From: Candidatus Krumholzibacteriia bacterium | GTDB taxonomy: Bacteria > Krumholzibacteriota > Krumholzibacteriia > JAJRXK01 | DNA length: 64,000 bases | Direction of reading: 5' to 3' | Assembly (NCBI GenBank): GCA_041484665.1 | Contig: JBGPIA010000001.1 | Location: forward strand, 1-64,000 | Part shown: positions 58,427-64,000 of the stretch, in pieces | Layout: each line of letters begins with the position of its first letter | How positions within the stretch are numbered: the first letter of the stretch is position 1 | Program-made: the position numbers and the translations under genes | Notes under the pieces: generated by a model | What the model was told of the DNA's origin: nothing | Seen by the model: the letters and a program-made list of their open reading frames with translations, nothing else | The model's database searches: none

Positions 58427-59356
58427 ATGCGGCGCGCGCGGCGACCCCGGACCACGGTCTGCGAGCTGGTCTGCGCCGTGCTTCGCCAGCAAGCCGCGCG
58501 CCTGCGCGAGCACGAGCCCGGGGCACGCGCCGACGACGACCCCGCGGCCCTCCACGACCTGCGGGTGGCAACGCGCCGCGTGCGCGCAGCGCTGCGTCTG
58601 TTCCACGATTCCCTGCCGCCGCGCTCCGCGCCCCGCCTGCGCACTGAGCTGGGCTCGGTGGCCCGGGCGCTGGGCGGGGTGCGCGACCTCGATGTCGTTC
58701 TGCAGGGACTCGCACAGTGGGGGCCACAGCCGCCGGCCGCGCAGGGTGAGGGCTTCGAGCAGCTGCGCACGCTGCTGATCCAACGGCGCGCCCGGGCCCG
58801 CCGCAAGCTGCTCGCCGTCCTGGACTCGCGTCGCTACGCGGACGCGCGGCGCGCGCTGGATCGGCTGAGCCGGCGCGCGCCAGGGCCCCGCACTGCGGCT
58901 GCCCATCGCCTGGCGCGCGAGGCAGCTCCGCGCCTGCTGCAACGACGCTACGAGCGCGTGCGCCGCCTGGGTGACGCGGTGACCAGCTCGACCTCCGACG
59001 TGCAGCTGCACGCGCTGCGCATCGCGGGCAAGCGCCTGCGGTACGCCCTGGAGTTCCACGAGGAGGTCTACGGCCAGGCGGTTGTGGTGGTGGTGCCGGC
59101 GCTGGTCGCGCTGCAGGACCTGCTGGGCGAGCACCAGGACGCCGTCGTCGCGCAGCAGCTGCTGCGCGGGCTGCGCAAGGCGCGCGCCGCGTCCGGGTCG
59201 CCTCCGCTGCTCGCCGCGCTGCACGAGAGCGGGCGTCGTTACGCCGCCCGGGCGGCCGAGCTGCGGCGGCAACTGCCCGCGCTCTACGCGCGGATCGCCG
59301 AGCCGCACTGGGCGCCGGTGCACCGGATGCTCCAGGCGTCTGCGCGCCACAGCTAA
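58427..59356 (+). CDS. CHAD domain protein
   Basis: LHDLRVATRRVRAAL, LGGVRDLDV, LHALRIAGKRLRYALE, LQDLLGEHQD. Confidence 0.92.
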   Translation: MRRARRPRTTVCELVCAVLRQQAARLREHEPGARADDDPAALHDLRVATRRVRAALRLFHDSLPPRSAPRLRTELGSVARALGGVRDLDVVLQGLAQWGPQPPAAQGEGFEQLRTLLIQRRARARRKLLAVLDSRRYADARRALDRLSRRAPGPRTAAAHRLAREAAPRLLQRRYERVRRLGDAVTSSTSDVQLHALRIAGKRLRYALEFHEEVYGQAVVVVVPALVALQDLLGEHQDAVVAQQLLRGLRKARAASGSPPLLAALHESGRRYAARAAELRRQLPALYARIAEPHWAPVHRMLQASARHS

Positions 59357-59628
59357 CGGCGCTGGGATCGGGGCCGCGGGCCCGGGGGCCACGCGCGGCG
59401 AGGCCCGCCAAGCGTCGCGCGGGGTGCCCGGCTCTGGCCTCTACGTCCGGCGCCCTCGCCGTGCGCACCCGGCACATCCTGCCGATCCCCCGATTCGGCG
59501 ACCGCGGCGACCCCGCGCGCGCAAACTGGTACGGTCCTTCCACTGGCTTGACAACCGTCGACGCTGCCCTCGGCTGCGGCGGCGAACAGCATCCGGCTGG
59601 CTCGAGCTGCGCTTCGAGGTCCACTGCA

Positions 59629-60789
59629 ATGGAATCCATCAACCTCTTCGAACAAAAGAAGATCCGTGTAGAGAAACGGTCGAGGCCGCTGTGGCTGATC
59701 TTGGCGATCTCCGCCATCCTGCCGGGGCTGGGGCACTTCCTGCTGGGCAAAAAGCACGTTGGGATCGGGATTCTCTCCGCGAGCGTGCTCGCCACCGTGC
59801 TGGGCAGCTACGCACAGTCCCATTCCGTTGCCTACGTGCTCTGGATCGCCCTGCGGGCCGGATTCGCTCTCGGCCTGTTCGCAGTGATCGACGCCAGCCT
59901 GCTGTGCGTCGAGCTCGCCGACGGCCGGCACAAGGACTACCCCGTGCGGCCGCGCCTGGCTGCCTTCATGAGCCTGGTCACCTATGGCGGAGGCTTCTGG
60001 CTCATGGAGCTGAAGGGCCTCGCCGCGACGGCGTTGGTGGCCGGCGTGCTGCTCCACCTGCTCCTGGCCCCGCTGCATTGGACGCTGGCCGTCATCGCGG
60101 AGCTGGCGCTCGCTGCCTTCGCCGTGCAGACCTACCGCATGGCGCTCGCGCGCCGCGCGCCCAAACCGTCGCGCAGGCTGGTGGAGCAGGTCGCGACGCG
60201 AGCGCCCGACACGACGCCCGCGTGGATGATCCCCGGCTTCGTGATCAGCACCGCCGTCACCGTTGTTGCACTGCTGACGACCCTGCTCGTGGCGCGCGCG
60301 CTGGACAAAGCCACCGATGTACGCCAGCAGGGCGCCGTCGCCATGGAGCCCTACTACCGAAACCCGAACTACGGGCTGAGCATGGAGCTCAAGTCGCCCG
60401 GCTGGAAGTTCGACGAGCCCGCGCCCGACGAGTTCGTCACGGCGCGCCATGTGGGCGAGGATGCCGCGGCACGGTTGGCCGTGCGCCCGCGCCTGCCGCT
60501 CTTGGGCAACAGCCGCCACCAGGCCGAGGCGGTGCTGCGCCAGGCGCGCGAAGGCGGGTACCAGCTGCGTGTGGAGGGCGGCACCCCGTGCCAGATGGGC
60601 ACCCTCAACGGCTACGAGCTGCGCGCCCGGGGCACGCACCTGGGCAAGATGCGCAACGTGCGCATCGTGTCCGCGGGGTCCGGGTGGCGCGAGTACGTGC
60701 TGTGGTTCGAATGGGGCGACAAGCAGCAGGAGTTCGCCCAGCACGAGCTCGACTACGTCCTGCGCCACGTCCAGGTCGGCAAGCACTGA
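59629..60789 (+). CDS. Hypothetical membrane protein (TM2-like N-terminus, soluble C-terminal domain)
   Basis: SAILPGLGHFLLGK followed by several TM helices; soluble C-terminal domain. Confidence 0.65.
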   Translation: MESINLFEQKKIRVEKRSRPLWLILAISAILPGLGHFLLGKKHVGIGILSASVLATVLGSYAQSHSVAYVLWIALRAGFALGLFAVIDASLLCVELADGRHKDYPVRPRLAAFMSLVTYGGGFWLMELKGLAATALVAGVLLHLLLAPLHWTLAVIAELALAAFAVQTYRMALARRAPKPSRRLVEQVATRAPDTTPAWMIPGFVISTAVTVVALLTTLLVARALDKATDVRQQGAVAMEPYYRNPNYGLSMELKSPGWKFDEPAPDEFVTARHVGEDAAARLAVRPRLPLLGNSRHQAEAVLRQAREGGYQLRVEGGTPCQMGTLNGYELRARGTHLGKMRNVRIVSAGSGWREYVLWFEWGDKQQEFAQHELDYVLRHVQVGKH

Positions 60790-60983
60790 CGCCGCGCGGC
60801 CGGCGCCGGGTCCCCGCCCGATCCGCGCGGGATCGAAGTCCGATCCGTGCGGGGTCCCCCTCCCCCTCCGCAGCCGCTCCCCATCGCTGCGTATCGTTGC
60901 GCGCCGTCCCCCTGCGCCCGCCGTCGCTGCGCCGAGCGCCGCCCGTGCGCCACGCCCGTCCGCGCGCCGAGCTCCCAGTCTTG

Positions 60984-61013
60984 TTGACACGGCCGCCGCT
61001 CCAACGGCACACT
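60984..61013 (+). promoter_or_regulatory. Putative sigma70 promoter of aceBA
   Basis: TTGACA-N18-CACACT, 57 bp upstream of GTG 61071. Confidence 0.55.
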
Positions 61014-61070
61014 TGAAGGACGGGGACGGACGACATCCTGACATGAGCGACAGCCCGCGAAGGCGCCCCT

Positions 61071-62696
61071 GTGACCCCCTCCGACGCCGCCCGCCTGCGT
61101 TCCGATCGCTTTGAAGTCGAGATCCGCGCGCCGCTGAGCCAAGGCTGCGAGGAGATCCTCTCGCCGCCGGCTTTGCGATTCGTCGCCGACCTGGCGCGCG
61201 TCTTCTCTCCGCGCATCCACGAGCTGCTCGAGCTGCGCCGCCGGGCCCAGGCGCGCGTCGACGCTGGCGAGCGGCCGGACTTCCGCCGCGATACCGAGCA
61301 CATCCGCAACACCCCGTGGAAGGTGGCGCCGCTGCCGCCCGATCTGGTCGACCGCCGCGTCGAGATCACCGGTCCGGTCGAGCGCAAGATGATCATCAAC
61401 GCGCTCAACTCCGGCGCGAGCGTTTTCATGGCCGACTTCGAGGATTCCAATTCCCCCACCTGGGACAACTGCGTGCAGGGGCAGATCAACCTCCGCGACG
61501 CCGTCCGCGGCACGATCGAGCACGTGGCGCCGGACACCGGCAGGTGCTACCAGCTCAATGAGTCGACGGCCACGCTCATGGTACGGCCCCGCGGCCTGCA
61601 CCTGCAGGAGCTCCACCTGCTCGTGGCCGGGGAGCCGGTTCCGGCCTGCCTGTTCGACTTCGGCCTGTTCTTCTTCCACAATGCACGCACCCTGATCGAG
61701 GTCGGTACGGGCCCCTATTTCTACCTGCCCAAGCTCCAGAGCCACCTGGAAGCGCGGCTATGGAACGCCGTGTTCCTCCACGCCCAGCGCGAGCTGGGCA
61801 TCCCCGCGGGGACGATCAAGGCCACCGTGCTCATCGAGACGCTGCCCGCCGCGTTCGAGATGGACGAGATCCTCTTCGAGCTGCGCGCGCACAGCGCGGG
61901 GCTGAACTGCGGGCGCTGGGACTACACCTTCAGCTTCATCAAGACCTTCCGCGCGCACCGCGCCTTCACGATGCCGGATCGCTCGCAGGTCACGATGCAG
62001 CAGCCGTTCATGCGTGCCTATACGCAGCTCCTGGTGCGCACCTGCCACCGGCGCGGCGCGCACGCCATGGGGGGCATGGCGGCGCAGATCCCCATCAAGA
62101 ACGCGCCCAAGGAGAACGAGTCTGCCCTGGCCAAGGTGCGGGCCGACAAGCTGCGCGAGGTGGAGGACGGTCACGACGGAACCTGGGTAGCGCATCCCGG
62201 GCTGGTGCCCCTGGCCCGCGACGTCTTCGACAGCTACATGCGCAGCCCCAACCAGCTCCATCGCCTGCGCGAGGACGTCTCCGCCAGCGCGTCCGACCTG
62301 CTGCGCGTCCCGCAGGGCACGCGCACCGAGGCAGGCTTGCGCCACAACGTGAACGTTGGCGTCCAGTACCTCGAGGCCTGGCTGGGCGGCTTCGGATGCG
62401 TCCCGCTGTACAATCTCATGGAGGACACGGCCACGGCCGAGATTTCGCGCGCGCAGCTCTGGCAGTGGATCCGCCACGGCGCGCGGCTGGAGGACGGGCG
62501 GCTGGTGACGGTCGAGCTGTTCCGGCGCGTGCTCCAGGAAGAGCTGTCCCGCATCGAGTCCGCCGTCGGTCCGGCGCGCTTTGCCCGCGGGCGCTACGCG
62601 CTGGCGCGCGACGTGTTCGACCGCCTGGTGACCGCGCCCGAGTTCCAGGAGTTCCTGACCCTGCCCGCCTACGAGCACCTGCTGACATTGCAGTGA
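61071..62696 (+). CDS. aceB: Malate synthase A
   Basis: DRRVEITGP, MADFEDS, VRPRGLH, YLPKL, LIETLPA, GLNCGRWDY, GHDGTWVAHP, LMEDTATAEISR. Confidence 0.97.
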   Translation: MTPSDAARLRSDRFEVEIRAPLSQGCEEILSPPALRFVADLARVFSPRIHELLELRRRAQARVDAGERPDFRRDTEHIRNTPWKVAPLPPDLVDRRVEITGPVERKMIINALNSGASVFMADFEDSNSPTWDNCVQGQINLRDAVRGTIEHVAPDTGRCYQLNESTATLMVRPRGLHLQELHLLVAGEPVPACLFDFGLFFFHNARTLIEVGTGPYFYLPKLQSHLEARLWNAVFLHAQRELGIPAGTIKATVLIETLPAAFEMDEILFELRAHSAGLNCGRWDYTFSFIKTFRAHRAFTMPDRSQVTMQQPFMRAYTQLLVRTCHRRGAHAMGGMAAQIPIKNAPKENESALAKVRADKLREVEDGHDGTWVAHPGLVPLARDVFDSYMRSPNQLHRLREDVSASASDLLRVPQGTRTEAGLRHNVNVGVQYLEAWLGGFGCVPLYNLMEDTATAEISRAQLWQWIRHGARLEDGRLVTVELFRRVLQEELSRIESAVGPARFARGRYALARDVFDRLVTAPEFQEFLTLPAYEHLLTLQ

Positions 62697-62811
62697 GGCC
62701 AGCGCAAGCGCCAGACCACCGATCCGCGCCCCAAAACCCATGAGTCCCCAGCACGGCGGATCGACCCAGTCCCGCGATCCGAAGGGCTGTACCGTCAACC
62801 AGGAGAGCACC

Positions 62812-64000
<1,189 letters not shown>

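Noticed and set aside
61043..61114. Out-of-frame upstream ATG overlapping the aceB start
   Set aside because: aceB has an in-frame GTG upstream of all conserved motifs; the upstream ATG has no good RBS

Overview
GC-rich (roughly 70%+ by eye), gene-dense bacterial chromosomal segment with about 50 protein genes. I recognised no rRNA, tRNA, CRISPR array or mobile element. A secreted glycoside hydrolase with a C-terminal FlgD-Ig/'PNPFNP' domain, a full MoxR-Bat locus and a stand-alone GroES suggest an FCB-group organism such as Eisenbacteria, Krumholzibacteriota or Latescibacterota (inference only). Contents in order: HDOD protein, queD, histone-deacetylase family protein, uvrA, GT-C/TPR protein, mutM, MoxR-DUF58-BatABCDE, two DUF507 genes, glycosylation/envelope genes, cN-II nucleotidase, TusA plus tRNA-thiolase-like pair, sahR-ahcY-lat-add, glcDEF, acs, an ECF sigma/anti-sigma/VIT-vWA module, LeuA-like, GroES, CHAD, and aceB-aceA. 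The most notable features are outside the ORF track: (1) the same bipartite motif CGGGAATAG-N15-GGTA lies upstream of both the ECF sigma gene and the VIT-vWA gene, a probable cognate ECF promoter; (2) a single in-frame TAG splits the SahR-like regulator; (3) the aceA start codon is out of frame by one base; (4) an unannotated esterase pseudogene remnant follows acs; (5) a degenerate c-di-GMP-I (GEMM)-like RNA motif lies upstream of queD. All calls come from reading motifs by eye; no searches were run.
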